From assembly GCA_049724395.1 (NCBI GenBank), contig JAUGWO010000142.1, positions 1 to 64,000 of the forward strand: a stretch of 64,000 nt of DNA. Direction: 5' to 3'. Source of the DNA: Spongospora subterranea f. sp. subterranea. Its lineage: Eukaryota. A program made the translations under genes and the position numbers. The notes beneath the pieces are model-generated. The model worked only from the letters and a program-made list of their open reading frames with translations. It did not search any database and was not told the DNA's origin. Of the stretch, positions 1 to 11,551 are shown piece by piece; position 1 is the first letter of the stretch, and each line of letters begins with the position of its first letter.

Positions 1-1610
1 AGCGAAACCTGATGTCAGTACTGCCCTTTGTTAATGAATCCTCAACAATGTTGTTAATATACCGAATTTAAGGCTTTGGGATTTCATCGAGCAATCCGGG
101 CCAGGTATAATTGCAATTCTCCCGGGTATATCTTTTACAAGCGCCCCAGAACATCTCAATGTGATTAAACTCACAATGGAACTTGGGGAAATAATTAATT
201 AGGAAGCCCGGCTCAGCCGTTACCACCTCTTCCAACCATCCTTTCTGTTCTATGAAATCCGGTTGCTCAGACAACAATTTCCTTGCATCGTTTACTCTGA
301 GCCTCTTCGATGGGCCACAATCCTCGTTCCTAGATTAGAGTCCTGATTCCTTTAGGCTCGTGTTCTCCTGTCTGCATCGTTTGTGAAACTCTTTCTCCTT
401 GATGCATAAACCAGCCACATCGCATATTGGGGACATTCTTTCCGCCATCACCCAGATTCAATCGTTTCGCCACCAATGCATCAGGGGCTTTGGCAAGATG
501 GTTCATCGAATGGTCAAAACACATCAATCGTCACATTCGGCGGAATTTTGAAGATGGGAATGACGCGGTCGGAAATCTGAGCAACCAGTCCGAATTATCC
601 CAAAATCCATCTCCGTTGCATCCAGGCTTAATCAACACTCCCGCTTCCTTTGGAACTTGAGGATACAGTATCTGCTGGTCTGGCGATAGACAAAGGCGGC
701 CGATGACATTCACACAGGAATTCAGATGACATGAGACTCCTACCCGCGCCTTTTGGACGAAGGATGCTTTGATCCTTGCGCATCCACACGGTCTTCTTTC
801 CTTCGTTGGAAGCGAAGCAAGATTCATCCTGGACAACAAGAACAAGAGGGCGAACTCCGTCTTCGAGGTCAGGACGAATCGCAGTTTCACAATCATCACC
901 GACGTAACAATACATCCGCTTCTGATATTCCTCCATTTCCGCGAGGAATCCCGTGCGATATCGGACGACGTCAATGCGTTCATGACCATCAACATACGTT
1001 CCTTGCTTTTGATCACAATGAACAAAGTCCATAGCGTGTAACCACCGAACAGCAGTTCGGTTTGATATGTTGATCACATTAGGCAGATCTAACTTACGGT
1101 GAAGATCTGAGCCGACCCTTAGTGAAAAAGATTTCCCAGTCACTAAATTGGCATCCACAGAAGCAACCACAACAGACAATGTCACTTAACATCTTCAGAA
1201 TCAATTAGACTTGATATCTTTTGATGAGCTCCTTGACGGGATTGTGGAAGTTCGAGATGGGTTAAATAATACGATGACCATTGACGCACGCTCCTTGATT
1301 TCCACTGTTGTCCAGAGCCTGGAAAAAGCTGGCTTGCAATCTCGATGGAAGCAGACATTCGGCAATTGTCATCTTCTCGCAACTTCAAAAGAAAGCGTTC
1401 GACAGCCATGAACCTTAACTTTGAGATGTCTTGATTCCTCTTTTCAAGACGCTGATTTGAGCGAATTTGCGTCTTAGAAACCAAAGACAATAAAGCATTG
1501 TCAAGATTTTGGCGGAAGCTGTTTATCTGAAGTTCAGGTAAACAATTTTGGAAAACGCTCTCAACTTTCGGTTTAAAGTACGAAGAAAGGGTTTTACATC
1601 CCATCATCGT
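1..1610 (-). mobile_element. Degenerate IS630/Tc1-mariner-like DDE transposase of the fungal/protist type; 3' part runs off the window
   Basis: Pieces lie in different frames (1182-1610, 628-1185, 531-700, 330-527, 68-277). They give LVVQDESCF...PKGAGRSLMSSEFLCECH, FDHSMNH...APDAL, and [26 protein letters not shown], which is the typical third-catalytic-residue motif of this group. Multiple frameshifts and stops. Confidence 0.75.
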
Positions 1611-1752
1611 CTCCTCCTTCTTGTCATGATCCAAAAGTCTTAGGTGGCCATATAAGGACCCGAGAATTATGGCCTTTGTAAAGATGACAAGAGTTATCAT
1701 TAACGCCTTAACCAACTGACGGTCTTCTCTGCCCCGCGGAAGGACGGGGTTT

Positions 1753-1838
1753 TCTCCCCGCGGGGAGAGATTCCAGTCTCTCCACTCCAAAACCTTATGT
1801 ACAGTCACAAATTAGTGATAATTAGTCGAGTGACTGTA
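1753..1838. repeat. Left inverted repeat (~86 bp) flanking the MULE element
   Basis: Reverse complement of 4719-4803 except for one inserted base. Begins TCTCCCCGCGGGGAGA and ends GTGACTGTA. Confidence 0.95.
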
Positions 1839-4718
1839 CCGGTAGAAGGTTGGAGGAAGTCTGGCAACCATCTCAACAACGATGAATATTTTCCCGGCGA
1901 GAACTACAGCTATGAGTCTAAAGTCTAACGCATAATTGAACCCTCCACCAATGAGATTGGCTCTCAGTTCTTTACATTTGATTTCGTGGGATCTCTCAAA
2001 ATAATTTACGCGTTCTGTAGAATTTTGTCGATTTGATCAACCACATTTTTATTCCAGAACAATAGATGTTAAAGATGCACACGGGGCTCGTAAAGGGCAT
2101 TTACTACTACTCGCCCGATGATTGTCGACTGGAACAGCACCAGCCTTGACGCACGCCGAACATTTGCCATTCTTACGCCGACTTAAAGATGATCTGTTGA
2201 AAATCAACCACTTAAATACAGCAACATTGTTTGCGTTTTCTGGTCTCTTATACAAGCCCATACAGTACCTGTTGATATCATCCGAACCCCTGCCTCTTTT
2301 ACTAGGGGGTAGCACTGGAACACTTAGAGACGCCACTGCAGGTACATGTTCAGGTTGAAGAAAGGCTGCCCTTCCATCGCCATGCAAACTGTTGCGAAAT
2401 TCCAGCAGATTCACAGTGAGCAACCGGTATGTATGCTCGTTGCTAATCGCATATGGTTCGATTGATTTCCATAAATGATTAATCTTAGAATATCGAACGT
2501 CTGCCTTGGCAGGATACAGGACACTCTGATATGCGGTAATATCAAGATGTGATTGCGAATATCCCGGAACCATTGTTTCTGGGGAAGGTTCCTCAGTTCC
2601 TTTGGGATGAATCAAGTTTAACTTCTCTAAAGCTTTCGTGTACAGTGGATGATATTCCAGACGCCAGCGTCGGTGAAGATTTGCCTCATGAAATAGACTT
2701 GCATCGATGCGGCTGAAAACAACGCAGATGCCAGCACAAGGAACTAGGCTAGAAATAAAACAAGCACAGTTGCAGGATGGAATGCCCCCCAGGCGATCAT
2801 CTTCAAGTACCACCAAATGTGATACAGTCTGGTCCGAGGAAAGCACTCGCCAATCAAAATCACAATCAACGGCCAATTCCGCCAGCGGAAGATCGACAGC
2901 TTTGCGATATTGTTCTTGCCACATGTTGTCGACGAACGTGCTCCATTTCTTTTTGCTGCGGATAAGGTCGCAGATTATGTCGAGCGATCGGGCTTCCATT
3001 CTGTTGAACTGGTTGCTCAAATGCTGCCATAACTGATACAGATTAAACGAACGCAGCTCCTTTTTTTTAACGCCCTTCTCTTTTATGATGGAATTCACAC
3101 TCTCTCCCCGTTGTGACGCAACTTGACTGCAAGTGAAGACCCGCCCTGTACATTATCAAATTCGTCATGCTTTGCGACAAATCCTTAACATATATCATCA
3201 AACTTACCAGTGAACAATCTGCAAACCTTGGTTTTTGACTTCAATATATTGTGCAGGCAACTGGAGGCAGATGCATATGAAGCATATCGATCAATGCACG
3301 ATTGTAATATTCAGAGAAATGTTCCTCAGTCGAAAATGACGAATATATAAGTGCCATCGCATCCTTTGAGCCGAGACCGCCACAGGACGAAAATACTTCT
3401 TGTTGGAAGTGATAACTGCATAGAATGTGAAGCATACCGGCTGTCGATGCAGCACCTGGATACGCAGATCCCCCATCAGTCATCAAAGTTGCTCCGGGAA
3501 CAGCAAGTCTGAATAGACGCAAAGCCTCAGAAACTGTTGCAGTGTTCTCTGATGCGTCGAGCAGGACGCCACTGATGACACACTTGCCCAGGCAATCAAC
3601 ATTGGTAAACGGCATCAACTTCAAGTTGTATGCGGTGGTGTTATGGGTACCATCAACGATTGTGAAGTCGCCATAAACTGTGGCGTATTGCGACATTTGA
3701 ACAGTCTGAACCATAGGGTAAGCAAAATGATGAGATAACGAAACACTGATGATTAACACCTGCAAATAAACAGTTGATAAACGCTGCGACATGTCTATAG
3801 CATACTTAAAAACACCTCCAGCAGCCCGAAGATCATAGCCCGCTTCCCATGAACTTGGTCATACAATCCGGATCTTTGTCGAAATGTAATTCTTTCCCGC
3901 GTCGGATTGACCTGGACAAAAGGCCAGTCGAATACGTTTTACCAGAATTTGATCCCTCCAAAATTTCCCTAACCTGATTGGATGAGCTTTCAGTAATCTT
4001 ATTTACTCTAGAAGTGCAAAACAACGATTACCTTAGACAAAGGTAAATTGTAGCGAGCAAAACTATGAATTAATTCACGCTCGCTTGCATTCAGATCCAC
4101 GTCAAGAGTTACTTGTTTCAGTCCACCGACGGGAGTTATATTACAATTATCAATCTCATGATTGTGGTCTTGGCAGCTGCTCGTGATATTGTAATCTGAC
4201 GAGAGTCTATCAAAAGTAAAACCAATTGACCAAGTACAAGTTGACTTGATCCCTCTTTTTTCCGTTTTGACAACGGGATCCTTGAATGTGCAATAGATGT
4301 TTCCTCGCTGCCAGATTTTAACGCCCGGGCCATGGATCGGATGGGGATTATCCTTGGTGAAAAAGTGTGGGTTAACGCCAACCCGGAATCCGATGGAACG
4401 TGAAAGTTCCTTCACAGTGGACAGCATGACTTCACATGTGGCAAAGCGCGAACCGACCGCGATGCATTTATGCGAAGCTATGGTTTGCGATGGACACTCA
4501 ACACCATCTTGAACATCATCGACACACCCCATTTCAACAAGTTCATACGAGGGATCGTCACCAGCCTCAACACGATCGTCAGGATTTACATCTTGGTCAA
4601 GACAAGTTGGAGTTGGAACATTGCCATCAACCCGAACAGTCTCGGACGATCGTCGAAAAATCGAAGATAACCACATTTTGCAGTATCCCTCTTACAAGAT
4701 ACGACAGATGTCACCTTA

Positions 4719-4803
4719 TACAGTCACTCACTAATTATCACTAATTTGTGACTGTACATAAGGTTTTGGAGTGGAGAGACTGGAATCTCTCCCCGCGGGG
4801 AGA
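4719..4803. repeat. Right inverted repeat (85 bp) flanking the MULE element
   Basis: Reverse complement of 1753-1838. It overlaps the 20-bp perfect palindrome TCTCTCCCCGCGGGGAGAGA at 4786-4805. Confidence 0.95.
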
Positions 4804-4959
4804 GAAGACACCACCGGTGACTGATGGGCACATGGAACATGGTATGGTCCTAACAGTATACTGCCCTTATCCCTTAGGGCGTCTTATCCTCGGCCCTGCC
4901 CTTTCGGGATATTGCCTGTGGAAGGCTTGAATTTCGTCCACCAACATATCCGTGGCTCT

Positions 4960-7666
4960 TAGCGTGGCACCTGACCCGTACCATTTAGGCTATTTAAATC
5001 GTACCGGGTACGATACACTTCATGGCTATACCCGTACCTGTACCTTTTAACAGACCGGCTGTGTCGTACCGTACCCGTACCTGTATCGTACCCTCAAAAA
5101 CATGGCGCTGGCCTGAAATACCCGTGCGTATTGCGTGGTCGATTTTAGACATAAGCCTCGTCATAGCCGCGCACCACGAACCATTCCCGTTAATTTGAAT
5201 TCAACTTTCATCTATATGTTTCTTCAAATGCGATGAACACATGGTTTTTATATTGGCAGTTTAAAATGTACTTCAATCACCCTGCAGGTAGCACGTGACC
5301 TTCCTCTATCACGATTTCTTGGACATCTTCTTGAACTTGAAGAACTAAGAGCCGGTCACTGAAGTCTGAGGACAGTGCTTTCGCGGCTGAATGTCGGTCT
5401 TTGGGAGGCTCCAATCCGTTGTTCATCCATGATCGGACACACATGGATGCTGTAAACATGTTTGGTGACAGTGACTTTCTATGATCTGAATACTCTCCGC
5501 CCTGCCTCAGAATTAGCTCTTTCAACAGCGGTAGATGACGATGGTATGGCAAGAACATCCATTGCCAGGAGAAACAAATAAGGGTAAGCTTTTGCATGGC
5601 AAATCCAGTAGGATATGAGATCAACATCCTCATTTTCGTATACATTAAGAAACTTGCCCACTTCGTCTTGCATCGGAAGTGTTTGAGTCAGTCGACGACG
5701 ACGAAGCAGCAAAGCACTCCCGGAAGCTTCGACCGGGCAAGCATTTGCAAAAACCTCACCATCTTGGGACAATTGGAATCCATATTGGGTGATCAGAATC
5801 CTGTGAAGTAATAAATCGGCTCGTTGCACATGAACACATGTCAGATTGACTTACTGACGAATGAATAATTTCAATTCGTTCCTTTCGTCAGGATCATAAG
5901 GCTTCTCTAACCTTGGATCCAAATACTCAGCGATTTTGGTGTGGACACCAGTCAGCTTGCTGCGGTAGGTACCTAATTTGTTCACCATACTCTGTGCGGC
6001 AAGTTTGATCAGCTCAGGCTCAAAACTGGAGATAATTGCTTGCTCGCAATGGTTGAATATAAAATCAATTTGATTTTGCACCATGGAGATGGTTGTATTC
6101 GTTTCTGCAGATAAGCCTTCCATAATTTCTCGAATGGTTTGAGAAATTTAGCGACGTGCCCAATGCGCTGCCACTCCTCCGTTGAAATAGCATAATCTTG
6201 TAAATCATCGAAGGCTTCGACGCAGTGGTCAATTATCTTGCGCTAGTCATAGCTCTGACTCGACATCTCGTGGGTCGATCCCCATCGTGTTTTCGAATCC
6301 AAGCACGGAGGTTCCAACGATGTTTGGTTTCTCAAAGCAGCTTCTTTACGAGACACCTCGCGTCGCGTCTTGCTATGTCGAATCGCTAGAAGAATACACC
6401 GCAGCTTATCATTAATTTGATTGACGAAGCGAAGCGCCTCATTTACAGCAAGCTGGATATTGTGATCGACGCAGCGAATCAACCAGCAAGGCTGAAAATT
6501 CGGGTCCTCTGAGCATCGTTCCTTGCAAAGGTTGACAAAATAATTTCCGGCAGCAATTGCGTCCGAACCGTTGTCTGTAACAATGGCACGGACCTTCTGC
6601 AAAACATTGTCTTTCAAAGAGGACAGAAAATCAAACAGCATGATTGATAACCGTTTTCCAACTCCATCGCCAGGGTCAGGTCCAAACAAGTTGAGGAGCA
6701 TGCAGCGAAGCTTTCCTATAGCTGGATCCACGAAGTGAATGGTTACGATGTAAAAACCCTGAAGAAACCCCAACCTAAACATCTGGGACATTGACAATAT
6801 TTACAAAAACAAACTTCATATGGGGGTTGGTCCAGCCATCGAACGATAATGAAAATTTGAAAGGAAGGTCTTGCAAGAATGCAGCGATCAAGGGAAGTGT
6901 GATAACGTATAGTTCCAAAACGCGTCTGTCAATCGTCCTGGCTGATTGCAAAATATAGCCAGGGCGAAACGTCGAAATCAACTTCTTAAAGGCGGTACAT
7001 TCTACGACATTATGAGGCGAGAGAGACGTCACGACGTAATCAACCACAGAGTTATGCAAAAATGCAGTTTCTTTCGGGTTGGGTGGCGACGGGAGCAAGG
7101 TCTGCTTGGATAGGCGCAACCCAGAGGAATTGTGGCTCGAGTCCGACTGCGACGCAGGATCCTTGATCCCATGATTCAGCAGATGACGCTTCCATCCTGA
7201 CGCGTTTATCGACGCAAAAAACCAATGCAAGCAGAAGCGGCACTGGGACTTGCATGCATTTGAATTTCGGTCACGATCAGCGTCATATTGCCTAACGTGA
7301 GCCCAGACGTAGCTGACTTTGTGCCTTTTGCGGGATCCAGCCGTCGTGAGTAGTGGTTCCTGAGACAAGTCTTCAAATTCCACAACATTCGTATATACTG
7401 AAGACTCGAGGTCTTCCATCACGTGGCGAACTGGTCTATTTTCACTCGAGACCTCAAATGACGCGGTGATTCAGGATCACGGACTGACGGGCATGTCATG
7501 TCAGCTTCCGAGAATAATTATTCCGTAAGACCGTAACGGACAGGCGACAGCTCCATAAAACGGGTTACGGGTATGGTACGCAGTCCCTACAATGTACCTT
7601 CCCCTAACAACCGAAAAGGTACGGGTATAACGGGTATGGTACAGAGCCTGTACCGTACCGTACCCC
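4960..7666 (-). mobile_element. hAT (Ac-like) DNA transposon with BED zinc finger; disrupted transposase 7422-~5280
   Basis: BED finger VWAHV..CRFC..WKRHLLNH; FSLSFDGWT; IVTDNGSD; RCVDH; TRWGST; dimerisation domain YW..YPYL..LAMDVLAIPSSSTAVER. In-frame stop at 6243. Subterminal TACCCGT/ACGGGTA repeats at 4975-5125 and 7560-7665. Putative terminus TAGCGTGGCAC at 4960; no matching right terminus found. Confidence 0.88.
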
Positions 7667-7717
7667 AAGATGGACCCAAATAAGGAGGAGACTATCCTTG
7701 ACTGTTCTAGAAGTTGA

Positions 7718-7942
7718 TGTTGAGGTGATCAAACGAATAGTGGAATGAATTTATTATTGCGTAGATGTTGTTCTAATAGGAGAACAATGGCGAGAACATG
7801 ATCTATAAATAGCATCGAATATAAAGTCCGTGCAGTCATCCTTATGTTTGGAAGTTGCCGTGGTTGCGCCCACTGTCCTTACGCAGTTTCTTTCAAAGTG
7901 TCCGTGATCAAAGATACGGGAATATGACCTTGTATTTCAACA
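7718..7942 (-). repeat. Putative 3' LTR of the copia element (~225 bp)
   Basis: On the minus strand it starts TGTTGA directly after the polypurine tract GAGGGGACG at the RNase H C-terminus (SRGRVE) and ends TCAACA. TATTTATA-like and AATAAA-like signals lie inside. No second LTR is present, so the outer boundary is unconfirmed. Confidence 0.6.
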
Positions 7943-10900
7943 CGTCCCCTCGAGGTGATATTCGTGTCTTTGATGCCCATTGCGTTTCGACACCATTCGA
8001 ATTTGGCAGGATTCAATGACTTGGTCAATACATCAGCAACCATGTCACCTGTCGAAATTGGTTTGATATCGATGACTCGGTCTTCAATTAGTTTCCTGGT
8101 GTAGTGGTATTTGACGTCAATATGCTTCGTGCGGGCATCTGTTCTGTGATTCCTACTGATGGCAATGCATCCACGGTTGTCTTCGAACACCACCATAGGA
8201 TCTGTAAGAGCAAATCCAAGTTCTCCCATTAGTTGCCGAAGCCAGTAAGCTTCTCTGCCTGCAGAGCACATTGCAATATATTCTGCTTCAACCGACGACA
8301 GGGAGACTGATGATTGTAACCTTGATTTCCATGATATAGGTCCTCCGGCAAACACAAATACATAACCAGACGTTGATCTTCGGGTGTCAGGATCACCTGC
8401 CCAGTCAGAGTCAGAGTAACCAACTAGATTTACCATATGTTCATCTTGACGACAATATGTGATCCCAAATCTTGACGTTCCTGCTAAATAGCGAAGCACG
8501 CGTTGTGCAGCGACCCAATGAGGTCTACCAGGGTTGCTAATAAACCTACAGAGTGATCCAACTGCCGTGCTGATGTCCGGGCGAGTGTTGCTTGCCAACC
8601 AGATCAGACTGCCAACAAGTTCACCATAAGGGATCCTCTTCATAGCTAGTATGTCTTCCAGATTGGTGGGGGATGATTTGGACGATAATTGGACACCTGG
8701 TTGCTGAGGAGTTGGAGCAGGATTACAATCAACCATATTGAACTTCATCAAAAGTTGCTGAACATATTCTTCTTGATCCAATGTTATTATGCCAGTCTTC
8801 TCGTGCCGGTGAATCCGTAAGCCGAGCAGCCTGGTCGGAACTCCAAGGTCAGTAACTTCGAATCTTGACGACAGTAGACTGATAATTTCTTGGCAGAGGC
8901 TTGAATCATTATGAATAAATAGAATGTCATCGACATGGACTCCAATAGCCAGGAAACTCCCCATACGGCGTGTGAAATAAATACACGGATCAGCCTTAGC
9001 ACGTTTCAAACCGGCTTCCTTTGTAAAGAAATGATCAAGTTTCGAATTCCAAATCATTCCAGCTTGCTTTAGTCCGTATAATGCTTTGTTTAACCGGCAA
9101 ACTAGATGCTCTCGGCCTTTTGATGTGAAACATTCGGGCTGCTGCATGAAAATATCTTCCTGCATCTCGCCATTGAGGAAAGCACCGACTATATCGATTT
9201 GCCTGATTTGCAAATTATGTTGAGCAGCGATTGCAAGTAAAAGTCGAATTGAAGTCTGATGTGCGACTGGAGCAAAAGTATCATCATAGTCTATTCCGTG
9301 TCTTTGAGAAAATCCTCGAATCACCAAGCGCGCTTTAAATTTCCTGACAGTTCCATCGCCAGAAAGACTTGGTTTCACAGTCAGGACCCATTTGCAAGAT
9401 ATGGCCTTGCGTCCAGCTGGTAAATCTTGTAAATCCCACGTTTTTAAAATCTAACATTTGCTGGTATTCCGCTTGAATTGCGTCATACCAATGACCTGCA
9501 AATGGGCTCTTCAAGGCTTCAGTGACCGTGGCTGGTACAGGAACTTGTGCAACTTGAATAGCTGAGAACGCAGGGCGCGGCATTAGTTTGGCTTCTGCTG
9601 GAGAGCTAAATCTTGAGGACTCAGTTGCACGTGCTGCACTGCACTTCCAAAATTCGGTTGGGGGAGCACGGACACGAGAGGAACGTCGTAATGTCTGTTG
9701 GAATGCCGAACCATCTTCCTCATGATCAACTTGGTCTACGTTGGAGAGATCTGCATCGTTACTGCCTTCAGAACCAGAACTTAGAGAATCAACAGAGGGG
9801 GTTGCGCTCTGGGGGCTGAGAATGCTATTCGAGGCACAATCCTTCATCTTGCGAGGTAGAGTTCATCGGAGCACTCGGAAAGCTGTGAGGTGCCGGAAGT
9901 GGATCCAGATTAAATGTTACTTGCTTGATTGTTGGCTGAGAACTCTGACTGGCATTGGGTAATTGTCGTCCGAATCCGAAAGAGAAACTGTTTTCATCAA
10001 ACTCGACATCACGACTCGTATACTGCTTTTGGTTCAACGGGTCGACAAGTATATATGCCTTCTGAGAATTTGCGTACCCAATGAATACTGTTTTGTGTGC
10101 GCGAAAACTCGGCTTTCTTCGTGTGTGGTCCGGAATGCGTCGATATGCAGTGCAGCCGAAGGTTCGCAGATAGTGCAAATCTGGTTTGTGATGACGAAGA
10201 GCTTCATATGGGGTGATTTTATGGTCGAGTGATGAATGTGGGCGTCGGTTGTAGATGTGAGCGGCAGTAGAAATTGCCCAAGAGAAACACTCAATTGGTA
10301 AGCGAGCATGAGCAAGGAGACTCATTGCTATGTCAGTTAGAGTCCGGTTCAGCCGTTCAGCAAGGCCGTTGGACTCAGAGTCGCCAGCAACTGATGTTCG
10401 ATGGTGAATTCCTTGTGAAATAAGCCATGCGCCTGATTCATGAGATAGATACTCGCCACCATTGTCTGTTTGAAGTTGCTTTATCTTGCAGTTGAATTGG
10501 GACGAGAATAGTGAGACAAAATCTTTCAATGTTTGGAACTGGTCAGATTTCTTCTTCAATGGTATTACAAAACAATATCTAGTGCAATGGTCCATGTAAG
10601 TCACAAAGTATTCGAATCCGCCATAAGATGCAGATTTGAATGGGCCATTTAGATCACTGACAATGAGGTCCCCTGGTGCTTTGGAAATTGTTGGACTGGC
10701 GGTGAATGGGCGTCTCGTCATCTTTCCTAAAACACAGGGTTCACAGAAGGAAGGCTGATCTTCTGTAGATAATGTCATCCCGAGGGCATCTTTCTTGATA
10801 AGCTTCAACACGTCCTCCATATTTGTGTGTCCTAGACGTGCATGCCAAACTTGTAAAGATGCCTTATTCTTTCGACGTGCAAAGAAAGCTCTGGCAGGTG

Positions 10901-11551
10901 TAGAGGATGTCTCGTGAATGGGATCTAAGCGGTGAGAGATCTTGTACATGTTGTCAGCATCTTTTGGGATTTCTGCTAGAATCTTGCCAGTTGGAAAACA
11001 GAACTGTTCTTTCTTTGTATATTATCATCCGATTGCTGGTAATCAGGAAAATAGGCTCTTTTCCAAGTCTGGGACGTAAAGAACCTTGCTTTTGACATGA
11101 CCAGAACCTGAGAATTGTATATTCGCGACTCCAACACCTTGAACAGGGATTGTTGTGTTATCAGCTAGTTCTACCTTCCCATCGGTAGGTTCAAAATCAA
11201 AAAGCAAGTTTCTATTGTTAGTCATGTGACTCGAGCAGGCGGTGTCGACGTGCCAGACGTTTGCATCAGATCCGGATGAGTAATGTAAAGGTGAATGTTG
11301 TTTATTCAACTTGCGAAGCTCGGGATGTTCCATAAAACATTGTGCATCAGAGTGACTTAAATGCGGGTGAACTTTGCACCTGGGTTTACGCTGATGAGAA
11401 AACGAAGCAAACTCAGTCTTGGTTGAGCGTATTTGTGATTCCCGAGTTTGAAGCAGTCCGGTCACTTTAGCAATTGTCATGGTCTGCTGAGAACTTGCAT
11501 CTTCCGTTGCATCAAGGGTGGCGATGATGGAATCAAAATCAGGCGGCAATC

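Larger units (their letters stand above)
1753..4803 (-). mobile_element. Mutator/MULE DNA transposon (FAR1/WRKY-like DNA-binding domain, MULE DDE domain, SWIM zinc finger); interrupted ORF 4676-2049
   Basis: CTWSIGF...QDHNH (FAR1-like), IVDGTHNTT...LMTDGGSAY...HILCSYH (MULE DDE with CxxH), CNCACFISSLVPCAGI (degenerate SWIM), and a C-terminal CxxC...HRASSSKCP knuckle. Bounded by ~85 bp inverted repeats. Confidence 0.88.

Noticed and set aside
4748..4930. ORF MTVHKVLEWRDWNLSPRGE..., duplicated at the start of ORF 1182-1808
   Set aside because: The shared peptide is only the translation of the inverted repeat from a GTG codon, not a gene.
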